From: Gemmatimonadaceae bacterium
Lineage (GTDB): Bacteria > Gemmatimonadota > Gemmatimonadetes > Gemmatimonadales > Gemmatimonadaceae
Direction: 5' to 3'
Length of the DNA stretch: 64,000 bases
Assembly (NCBI GenBank): GCA_040902005.1
Contig: JBBDYA010000085.1
Span: 1 to 64,000, forward strand
Shown in pieces: positions 56,629-64,000 of the stretch. The notes beneath the pieces were generated by a model, which saw only the letters and a program-made list of their open reading frames with translations, did not search any database and was not told the DNA's origin. Made by a program: the position numbers and the translations under genes. How positions within the stretch are numbered: position 1 is the first letter of the stretch; each line of letters starts with the position of its first letter.

Positions 56629-57348
56629 ATGCGACGAACGCCGAGATTCCCGCTGGAGCACGTCCGCACGCTCGTCAAGCTGGCCATCGTCCCCGCCGTC
56701 ATCGTCATCGCGCTCCTCCTCGCCTGGAAATTCGGATACTTCGAGCTGGACCGACGCCAGCAGTTGCTCGAGCGCGTGCAGCGCCTGCGGGTGATTCCCG
56801 GCGTCGAGATGGGATTCATGGCGGCATTTGCCCTTGCGGTCACCCTGTGCCTGCCGGCTACGGTGGTCACCATTCTCGGCGGCGCGGTGTTCGGCCCGCG
56901 CTTCGGCGCGCTGTTCGCGCTCGCCGGCGCGATGGTGGGAACGTGCATTGCCTTCTCCGTCGCCCGGACTGTCGCCCGGCGACCGATCAACAGGATCTTC
57001 GGCGAGCATCGCCTGTTCACGCAGCTCCGCGAGCAAGCGGGCGTGCTGGCGCTGTTCCGACTGCGGGTGCTTCCCATCGCGCCATTCGGCGTGCTGCCGT
57101 ACGTGGCGGGCATCGCGGACGTCTCGCTCCGGCGGTTGCTCGTCGCCACGCTGATCGGTTCGCTGCCAAGCGTGATCGCGTATTCCTATGTGGGCAGCGA
57201 GCTACTGATCGCCGCGGCGTACGGCGGCGATGCGTCGCGTCGCTCGCTGTGGATCGCGCTCGGCGTCACGGGCGGGATGCTGGCCCTGTCGGCGGTGCCA
57301 CAGCTGCTCCGGCGGCGCGGAACGCCCAGCCCAGGCGCGCCGCGCTGA
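56629..57348 (+). CDS. TVP38/TMEM64 (VTT/DedA superfamily) membrane protein
   Basis: LPATVVTILGGAVFG, LRVLPIAPFGVLPYVAG, TLIGSLP. Confidence 0.88.
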   Translation: MRRTPRFPLEHVRTLVKLAIVPAVIVIALLLAWKFGYFELDRRQQLLERVQRLRVIPGVEMGFMAAFALAVTLCLPATVVTILGGAVFGPRFGALFALAGAMVGTCIAFSVARTVARRPINRIFGEHRLFTQLREQAGVLALFRLRVLPIAPFGVLPYVAGIADVSLRRLLVATLIGSLPSVIAYSYVGSELLIAAAYGGDASRRSLWIALGVTGGMLALSAVPQLLRRRGTPSPGAPR

Positions 57349-57373
57349 GGATCAGGGCGGAGTCCAACGTTCG

Positions 57374-57440
57374 AACCACGGAGGACACGGAAAACACGGT
57401 AGGGAAGACGACGTGAACCACTCCGCGTCATCCGCGTCCC
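57374..57440. repeat. Second, partly decayed copy of the REP-like palindrome
   Basis: AACCACGGAGGACACGGAAAACACGG ... CTCCGCGTCATCCGCGTCC between convergent genes. Confidence 0.7.
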
Positions 57441-59024
57441 TTACGAGCCGCCCCGCCTCAGGACGCGGCCCGATCGCGTATCCATGAACCGTCCGCCGTC
57501 CACCGCGGCGACGCCGTTCACGAAGACGTACTCGATGCCGACGGAATACTGGTGCGGGTCCTGAAAGGTGGACCGGTCGGCGACGGTGGCGGCGTCGAAG
57601 ACCACCACGTCCGCGCAGGCGCCTTCGCGCAACACGCCGCGCTCACGCAGTCCCAGGCGCGTCGCGGTGAGGCCCGTCATCTTGTGAATGGCGGTCTCGA
57701 TCGGAAACAGTCGCAGCTCGCGCGTGTAGCGCCCCAGCACGCGGGGAAACGTGCCATAGGCGCGCGGGTGCGGTGACGACGGTCCGGGAGCCGACAGGCG
57801 TCCGTCCGATCCGATCATCGCCTGAGGATGCTGCATGATGCGCTGGACGTCCGCTTCGTCGAGCACGTGGTAGATCATGCTCGCGCCGCCCTTCTGCTGC
57901 GCCTCGATCACCAGCGCCGCACCATTCTCCGGCGACGCCGGCATGCCGCGCTGCGCTGCCCAGTCGGCGAGCGTCCGGCCGTTCAGTGCAGGCTGCCATG
58001 ATGCGTTCGAGAACTGCACTCGCGAGAGATCGCCGCCTCCACGATCGTTGAGCAGGTTGAACACGATCCCGCGCGTGATGCTGTCGCGCAGCAGCGGCTC
58101 GGAAAGTCGGCGCGTGAACGCGGTGTCGCCGCCATCGAACGCCCAGGTGGGAATCAGGACCGCGATCCCCGTGGACGTCGCCGTGTACGGGTACAGGTCC
58201 AGCATGACGTCGATGCCGCCGGCGCGCGCCGAGTCCACCATGGCGAGGGTGCGGCGGCTCTCGCCCCACATCTTCGGCCCCACGGCCTTGTGGTGCGTGA
58301 GCACGATCGGAATGCGCGCCTCGCGGCCGATGGTGATCGCTTCGCGCACGCCCTCGAACAGACCCAGTCCTTCCTCACGCAGGTGCGAGGCGTAGAACCC
58401 ACCCGAGTCGGCGGCCACGCGCGACAACGCGATCACCTCGTCGGTGCGCGCAAAGTTGCCGGGCAGGTAGCGCAGTCCGGTGCTCATGCCGAACGCGCCA
58501 TCGCGCATCCCTTCGGCAATCAGCGCGCGCATCCGTGCCAGTTCCTGCTCCGCGGGCGCGCGGTTCGCCATCCCCATCACGCGCTGCCGCACCGTGTTGT
58601 GGCCGATCATGTACGCCACGTTCACGCCGATGCCCTGCCGTTCGCGCGCGGCCATGAACGGCGCCAGCGGCAACGGCGATCCGCCATCGGAGGCGGAGAG
58701 CGCCGTGGTCACGCCCTGTCGCACCGCGCTCTCCGCCCCCGGCAGCGTGGGCAGGGGCTCGATGTGCGCGTGCATGTCCACGAAGCCGGGCGCCACGATC
58801 CGGCCGGTAGCGTCCACGACGCGCGCGGCGCGGCCGACGTTCACGGGTGCCCGCGAGATGAGCGCGATGCGGTCGCCCTTGAGGGCAACGTCCGCGCGAT
58901 ATCCCGCCGCGCCCGTGCCGTCCACCACGGTTCCGCCCCGAATCAGCACGTCGAATTCGGGCGGCTGCTGCGCGGCGAGCGGCGTGAACGCGGCACCGGC
59001 AACGAGCAGGGCAAGCACGCGCAT
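57441..59024 (-). CDS. N-acyl-D-amino-acid deacylase (D-aminoacylase) family amidohydrolase, exported
   Basis: APGFVDMHAH, STGLRY, SHLR, THHK, GSDG, HPRAYGTFPRVLG. Confidence 0.9.
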   Translation of the reverse strand: MRVLALLVAGAAFTPLAAQQPPEFDVLIRGGTVVDGTGAAGYRADVALKGDRIALISRAPVNVGRAARVVDATGRIVAPGFVDMHAHIEPLPTLPGAESAVRQGVTTALSASDGGSPLPLAPFMAARERQGIGVNVAYMIGHNTVRQRVMGMANRAPAEQELARMRALIAEGMRDGAFGMSTGLRYLPGNFARTDEVIALSRVAADSGGFYASHLREEGLGLFEGVREAITIGREARIPIVLTHHKAVGPKMWGESRRTLAMVDSARAGGIDVMLDLYPYTATSTGIAVLIPTWAFDGGDTAFTRRLSEPLLRDSITRGIVFNLLNDRGGGDLSRVQFSNASWQPALNGRTLADWAAQRGMPASPENGAALVIEAQQKGGASMIYHVLDEADVQRIMQHPQAMIGSDGRLSAPGPSSPHPRAYGTFPRVLGRYTRELRLFPIETAIHKMTGLTATRLGLRERGVLREGACADVVVFDAATVADRSTFQDPHQYSVGIEYVFVNGVAAVDGGRFMDTRSGRVLRRGGS

Positions 59025-59887
59025 CAGCGTTGTCCGACCGCGGCGCCGTAGAGGCGCGCTTGCAGTCCCCCGTACAGCGAGAGCGACACGGGGCCGGGCT
59101 TCCCGGTGCCGATCCGTTTGCCGTCCACCGTGACGATCGGCGTCACGTCGGTGGTGGTCCCCGAGACGAACAGCTCATCCATGGTGAACAGCTCCTTGAT
59201 GGTGAACGGCGTCTCCCGGATCGACACGCCCTGTTCCTTCGCGATCTCGAGCACCACCGCGCGGGTGATACTGGGCAGAATCAGCGGACCTGCCGGATGG
59301 GTGTACAGCGCCCCGCCCTTCACCGCAAAGACGGTGGTGTGCGTGCCTTCGGTGACGATGCCATCGCGCACGTAGATCGCCTCCATCGCGCCCGCCTCGG
59401 TGGCCTGCTGCTTCGCCATGCAGTTCGGGAGCAGTTGCACGGTCTTGATGTCGCAGTGCAGCCAGCGCGTGTCGGGCTGTGTGATGGCTGTGGCGCCAGA
59501 GGCGCGGAGCGCGTGCGGCACCTCGAACCTGCTGACCATGCCGAGGATCGTCGCCTTCGTGCCGGCCGGCGGGAAGGCGTGGGTTCTGGGCGCCGCACCA
59601 CGGGTGATTTCGACGTAGAATGTCGCCTCGCCCCGTTCGAGTCCGTTTTCCTTCACCAGCCGCCCGGCGACGCCACCCAGCGCATCCACGTCGGCGGGCG
59701 GCACGTCGATCCGCAGCGAGTGAAGCCCGCTCAGCAACCGTCGGTGGTGGCGCTCGTGCTCGAAGAGCTGTCCCTCGATGACGCGCCACACCTCATAGAC
59801 GCCGTCGCCGAAGATGAAGCCGCGGTCCAGCACCGAGATCTTCGCGTCCGCGGCGGGGAGGAACTGGCCATTCAGATAGACAACCAT
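59024..59887 (-). CDS. dat: Class IV PLP aminotransferase, D-amino-acid transaminase-like
   Basis: DRGFIFGDGVYE, ITRG..PRTH, RWLHCDIKT (Lys), ILPSITR, SGTT. Confidence 0.85.
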   Translation of the reverse strand: MVVYLNGQFLPAADAKISVLDRGFIFGDGVYEVWRVIEGQLFEHERHHRRLLSGLHSLRIDVPPADVDALGGVAGRLVKENGLERGEATFYVEITRGAAPRTHAFPPAGTKATILGMVSRFEVPHALRASGATAITQPDTRWLHCDIKTVQLLPNCMAKQQATEAGAMEAIYVRDGIVTEGTHTTVFAVKGGALYTHPAGPLILPSITRAVVLEIAKEQGVSIRETPFTIKELFTMDELFVSGTTTDVTPIVTVDGKRIGTGKPGPVSLSLYGGLQARLYGAAVGQR

Positions 59888-59948
59888 GGCCTCAATACTA
59901 TGCCGTTGTGGGTGCGGGTGACACGTACCAAGGCGATCGAACCTTGCG

Positions 59949-62900
59949 TCAGTCTCCGGCCGGGGCGATCACGGGATGCTCCGCGGTCCTCGGCGGCTCG
60001 AGGCCGACGCGCCGGGCCAGCTTGCTCCGGATCTCGTCGATGACCTCGTAGAACGTCGGGATCACCAGCAGCGTCAGGAACGTGGACGTCATCACGCCGC
60101 CGATGATCGCCACGCCCATCGGCGCGCGGAATGCCGCGCCTTCGCCGGTGCCGAACGCGATGGGCAACATTCCGGCGGTCAGCGCGAAGGTCGTCATGAG
60201 GATCGGACGGAGGCGGATGGCGCCTGCCTCGATGAGCGCCTCGCGCAGCGGCATGCCGCGCTCTTCGCGCGCCCACTTCGCGAAGTCGATGAGCAGGATG
60301 GCGTTCTTCGCCACGAGCCCCATCAAGAGAATCACGCCGATCAAGCTCATCAGGTTGATCGTGTTGTTCGTGATCGCGAGCGACAGCATGACGCCGATGA
60401 GCGACAGCGGCAGCGACATCATGATCGCGAGCGGGTCGAGGAACGACCCGAATTGCACCACGAGGATCAGGTACATGAGCAGCACGGCGAGGCCGAGGGC
60501 GGAAAAGATCTGGCCGAACACCTCCTCCTGCCCCTCGGCATCGCCCCCCATCGAGATCCGGACACCGGGCGGCAGCTGCATCGCGTCCACCACCTTCAGG
60601 ATGTCCGCCGTCACGTCACCGGTGGCCCGCCCCGAGGTATTGAGTTCCACGTTCACGACCGGCTCGCGGTTGAGGTGGTCGATGATCGCCGGGCCAACGC
60701 CCTCGGTGATCGTCGCCACCTGCCCGAGCGGCAGCGTGGACGGCACGCCGTTCGGTCCAAGCACGACCAGCGGCAACTGCTCGAGATCCGCGGCGCGACG
60801 GCGCGCCTCGGGCGCCAGGCGCACGGTGACGTCGCGCGCCTTGCCCGTGGGATCGATCCAGGTGCCGACGTCGATGCCCGCGAACGCCGGCCGCAGCGCC
60901 ATGGCCACCTGCCCCACCGTGATGCCAAGCGCGCCCGCGACCCCGCGATTGATCTCGACATTCAACTCCGGCTTCTGTCCCTTGGACGACAGCCCGATGT
61001 CCACCGCGCCCGGGATCCGCTGGATTTCGGCTCGCAGGTCTTCCGCGATCTGGCCGAGCACCTGGGCATCCTGTCCGCGAATCTGGACGAGGATCTGCTT
61101 GAATCCGCCGCTGAAATCGCTGGTGAACACGGACATCGAGGCGCCGGCGATGCGGTTCATCTGCTGGCGGATGTCCGCCGCGAGCGCCTCGACGGACCGC
61201 TGCCCGTCGCTCTTGCGATCGGATTTCGGGCGCAGCTTCACGTAGATGTTGCCGACGTCCACGGCGCCGGTGCCGATCTCGCCCAGCGTCGTGTACGTGT
61301 AGATCACCTCGGGCTGCGCCCGCACGATGCGCGACGCTTCCTGCGCCTTGAGCCGCGTGTACTCGAGGTTGGACCCCGGAGGCGTCTCGATCTTGAGGAC
61401 GAACTCCGAGCGGTCATCCTCCGGGAAGAACGCCGTGCCCACCGTCCGGACAGGTGGCACCAGGCCGGGCAACTTGACGAACACGGCCACGCCGACCAGG
61501 ACAATGGCGACGCGTCCAAGGAAATGGAGTCGCGACACGTTCAGTCCGGCGAGAACGACGCCGATCCCGAACAGCGCGGCCAGCAGGCCGCTCACGCCAC
61601 GAGCGGGCAACAGGAATGAGGCGAAGAACGTGCCGACCGCGATGACGATCATGGACGCGCGGTGGTCGAGTGCCCACGCGATCACCTTGCGATAGTTCTG
61701 CGCCTGCGCATTGAACCACGCGTTGAACCTGTCCAGCTGGCGCGTGATCCAGGCGCGCTCGTGGGGCGGCGTGTGCGGATCGGGCCAGTAGGCCGAGAGC
61801 ATCGGATCCAGCGAGAACGACACGAAGAGCGAGACCGCCACCGACGCCGCGATGGTGAGCGCGAAGGGCTGGAACCACTGCCCGCCCACCCCGGGCATGA
61901 ACCCGATCGGGATGAAGACCGCGAGAATCGAGAACGTGGTCGCGGTGACCGCGAGCCCGATCTCGTCGGTCCCCTCGCGCGCCGCGGTGTAGTGGTCCTT
62001 TCCCATCTCCACGTGACGCACGATGTTCTCGCGCACCACGATGGCGTCGTCGATGAGGATGCCGATCGCGAGCGACAGCCCCAGCAGCGACATCGTCTCG
62101 AGGTTGAACCCGAGGGCCCAGACGGCGATGAAGCTGGCGAGCACCGAAATCGGCAGCGCCACGCCGGTGATGACCGTGGAGCGCCAGGAATTCAGGAACA
62201 GGAACACCACCAGCACGGTGAGCATCGCGCCCAACAGCAGCGCTTCCTCCACCGTCCAGACGGAATCCTTCACCCGTTTGCCGGCGTCCTTGACGATGTC
62301 CATCGAGGTGCCGGCGGGGAGCGTCGGCCGGATCTCATCGAGCCGGGCGATGACCTTCTCGGCCACGTCGGTCGTGCTGAACCCCTTGGCCTTCTTGATG
62401 TCGATCGCGACGGCCTCGCGCTCGCCGTTGGCGTCGGCGTAGAGCGACAGCGTGCGCGGTTCTTCCGTCGCATCGCGCACGTTCGCCACTTCGCCGAGTC
62501 GCACGAGGCGGCCACCGCGCTCGGTCACCACCAGGTTCGCGAACTCCGCGGGATTCTCGATGCGGCCCAGCAGGCGGATCGACCGCTCGTCGAGCGCGCC
62601 CGTGACCCGCCCCACCGGGGCAGCGAGGTTCTGTGCCTGGAGCGCCTGCACCACCTGTCCGACGCTCACGCCCGCCGCCTGCAGCCGGGATGGCACGATT
62701 TCCACGGTGAGCTCACGCTCCACCTTGCCGAACGTCTGCACGTCCGCGACGCCAGCGATCGAGCGCAGCTCGCGCGTGATGGCGGGGTCCACCAGGCGGG
62801 TCAGCTCCGCTGATGACAGGACGGTGGACGACACCGACACCGAGACGATCGGGCGGTCGGTGTCGTTGAACTTCCGCACGATCGGCTCTTCGATCTCGCT

Positions 62901-63260
62901 GGGCAGCTCGGCGCGAATTCCGGAGATGGCATCGCGCACGTCCTGCGACGCTTCGTTGAGATCCTTTTCGTACAGAAACTCGATCATGAGCAGCGCATAG
63001 CCGTCGTATGCCTTGCTCATGATGCGCTTGACGCCCGCGATCGAACCGATCTGCTCCTCCACGGGATCGAGCACTTCCTTCTCGACCACTTCCGGCGACG
63101 CGCCGGGATAGATCACGCCCACGGTCAGCCACGGCGGCGCCACGTCGGGGAACTCGTCCGTCTTGAGCATGAGCAACGCGAACCCCCCGAAGATCACCAG
63201 CGCCAGCATGGTGACGACGGTGATCAGGGGACGCTTGATGGCGAAATCGGAGATCAGCAT
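59949..63260 (-). CDS. RND efflux transporter permease
   Basis: YPGASPE, GILIDDAIVVREN, VAKNAILL, RLRPILMTT. Confidence 0.95.
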   Translation of the reverse strand: MLISDFAIKRPLITVVTMLALVIFGGFALLMLKTDEFPDVAPPWLTVGVIYPGASPEVVEKEVLDPVEEQIGSIAGVKRIMSKAYDGYALLMIEFLYEKDLNEASQDVRDAISGIRAELPSEIEEPIVRKFNDTDRPIVSVSVSSTVLSSAELTRLVDPAITRELRSIAGVADVQTFGKVERELTVEIVPSRLQAAGVSVGQVVQALQAQNLAAPVGRVTGALDERSIRLLGRIENPAEFANLVVTERGGRLVRLGEVANVRDATEEPRTLSLYADANGEREAVAIDIKKAKGFSTTDVAEKVIARLDEIRPTLPAGTSMDIVKDAGKRVKDSVWTVEEALLLGAMLTVLVVFLFLNSWRSTVITGVALPISVLASFIAVWALGFNLETMSLLGLSLAIGILIDDAIVVRENIVRHVEMGKDHYTAAREGTDEIGLAVTATTFSILAVFIPIGFMPGVGGQWFQPFALTIAASVAVSLFVSFSLDPMLSAYWPDPHTPPHERAWITRQLDRFNAWFNAQAQNYRKVIAWALDHRASMIVIAVGTFFASFLLPARGVSGLLAALFGIGVVLAGLNVSRLHFLGRVAIVLVGVAVFVKLPGLVPPVRTVGTAFFPEDDRSEFVLKIETPPGSNLEYTRLKAQEASRIVRAQPEVIYTYTTLGEIGTGAVDVGNIYVKLRPKSDRKSDGQRSVEALAADIRQQMNRIAGASMSVFTSDFSGGFKQILVQIRGQDAQVLGQIAEDLRAEIQRIPGAVDIGLSSKGQKPELNVEINRGVAGALGITVGQVAMALRPAFAGIDVGTWIDPTGKARDVTVRLAPEARRRAADLEQLPLVVLGPNGVPSTLPLGQVATITEGVGPAIIDHLNREPVVNVELNTSGRATGDVTADILKVVDAMQLPPGVRISMGGDAEGQEEVFGQIFSALGLAVLLMYLILVVQFGSFLDPLAIMMSLPLSLIGVMLSLAITNNTINLMSLIGVILLMGLVAKNAILLIDFAKWAREERGMPLREALIEAGAIRLRPILMTTFALTAGMLPIAFGTGEGAAFRAPMGVAIIGGVMTSTFLTLLVIPTFYEVIDEIRSKLARRVGLEPPRTAEHPVIAPAGD

Positions 63261-63264
63261 GGCG

Positions 63265-64000
63265 TCACCGGTCTCCCGGCACCGTGACGCGTACCGGCGT
63301 CCCCGGCGTCAGCCCGCGCGCGGTGCCGAGCAGCACGGTATCACCGGCGGCGAGTCCCGCGCGCACCTCGATCATCTCCGTCTGGCCGTCGCGCAGCCCG
63401 AGCTCGATCTCCACGCGCTCCACCGCGCCGTTCCGAACGCGCATGACCGACGGGCGCACGCCGCGCTCGTCCACCGCGGATGCCGGCACGACGGGCGCGG
63501 TATGCGTCTCACTGGCCACCCGGCCCTCGGCGAACAATCCGCCGACGAGTGTCGCGCCCGCGTTCGGGATCGTGGCGATGATGCGCACCTGACGCGTCGC
63601 CGCGTCGGCAGTGGGATGAACGCGGGTCACCCTGCCGAGGAAGCGCCGGTCGGCGTATCCCGACACCGTGAACTCCACCGGCAGCCCCACCCGCACGGAC
63701 GCGAGCGCCTGCGCCGGCACCGATGCCTCCAGTCGCATGGTCGATGGATCCACCACGGTGAAGAGCGCCGTGCCCGGACTGACGACGTCGCCCGCGTTGG
63801 CCTGTCGTGCGCTGACCACGCCGGCAAACGGCGCCATGATGCGCGTCCGGCGCTGCTGCTGCTGCGCGCTGGACTGCATGGCCCGCGCGTTCGCCAACTG
63901 GGTCTCCGCGCCAAGCGCGCCATTGCGCGCGCGCTCCACCTCGCGCTCGGCGATGGCGCCGGCCTGCACCAGGGCCTCCGCCCGTTCGAGCTCGCGCGTG
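63265..64000 (-). CDS. RND periplasmic adaptor (MFP); 5'-truncated by the window edge
   Basis: TRIMAPFAGVV, GDVVSPG, LEASVP, GLAAGDTV; frame runs off the edge. Confidence 0.92.
   Translation of the reverse strand, partial: TRELERAEALVQAGAIAEREVERARNGALGAETQLANARAMQSSAQQQQRRTRIMAPFAGVVSARQANAGDVVSPGTALFTVVDPSTMRLEASVPAQALASVRVGLPVEFTVSGYADRRFLGRVTRVHPTADAATRQVRIIATIPNAGATLVGGLFAEGRVASETHTAPVVPASAVDERGVRPSVMRVRNGAVERVEIELGLRDGQTEMIEVRAGLAAGDTVLLGTARGLTPGTPVRVTVPGDR

Noticed and set aside
1..64000. CRISPR array, tRNA/rRNA, IS element or defence island
   Set aside because: No regularly spaced direct repeats, cloverleaf signatures, transposase or integrase motifs, or extended low-GC island seen by eye; tRNAscan and Infernal were not run.

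Overview
A gene-dense, roughly 70% GC chromosomal window of about 57 CDSs, most likely from a Gemmatimonadota bacterium. That assignment is an inference from the paralogous Ser/Thr kinase-TPR proteins, the lineage-typical small proteins and the GC content. It holds two separated xanthine-dehydrogenase-family (Pao/Yag-like) subunits, a complete sufB-C-D-U-S operon and a WtpABC/ModABC-type oxyanion transporter. It also has a DUF883/holin-like/DUF3618 trio, two Hanks kinases, an orphan groES beside a bacilliredoxin, lepB, a SWIB protein and nfo. Further on are a pruA/cyclodeaminase/PLP-dehydratase/PhzF cluster, a solA/AT-hook protein/aromatic decarboxylase unit, a GGDEF protein, a D-aminoacylase/D-amino-acid transaminase pair and an RND pump cut by the right edge. 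I found no tRNA, rRNA, CRISPR array, prophage, transposase or recognisable defence system, and I cannot point to one unambiguous new system. The best leads are: (i) two conserved genes that lack a canonical start codon, including a TAACG stop/start overlap; (ii) a recurrent TANNNT-N5-10-start leaderless architecture; (iii) a two-copy palindromic intergenic repeat, one copy of which supplies part of a -10 box for sufC; (iv) several sigma-54-like promoters; (v) an AT-hook/H1-like basic protein inside a metabolic operon; (vi) a WtpA-like binding protein that appears to lack both tungstate-coordinating carboxylates; and (vii) an EutBC-like enzyme pair. All family calls are by eye from motifs; no searches were run.
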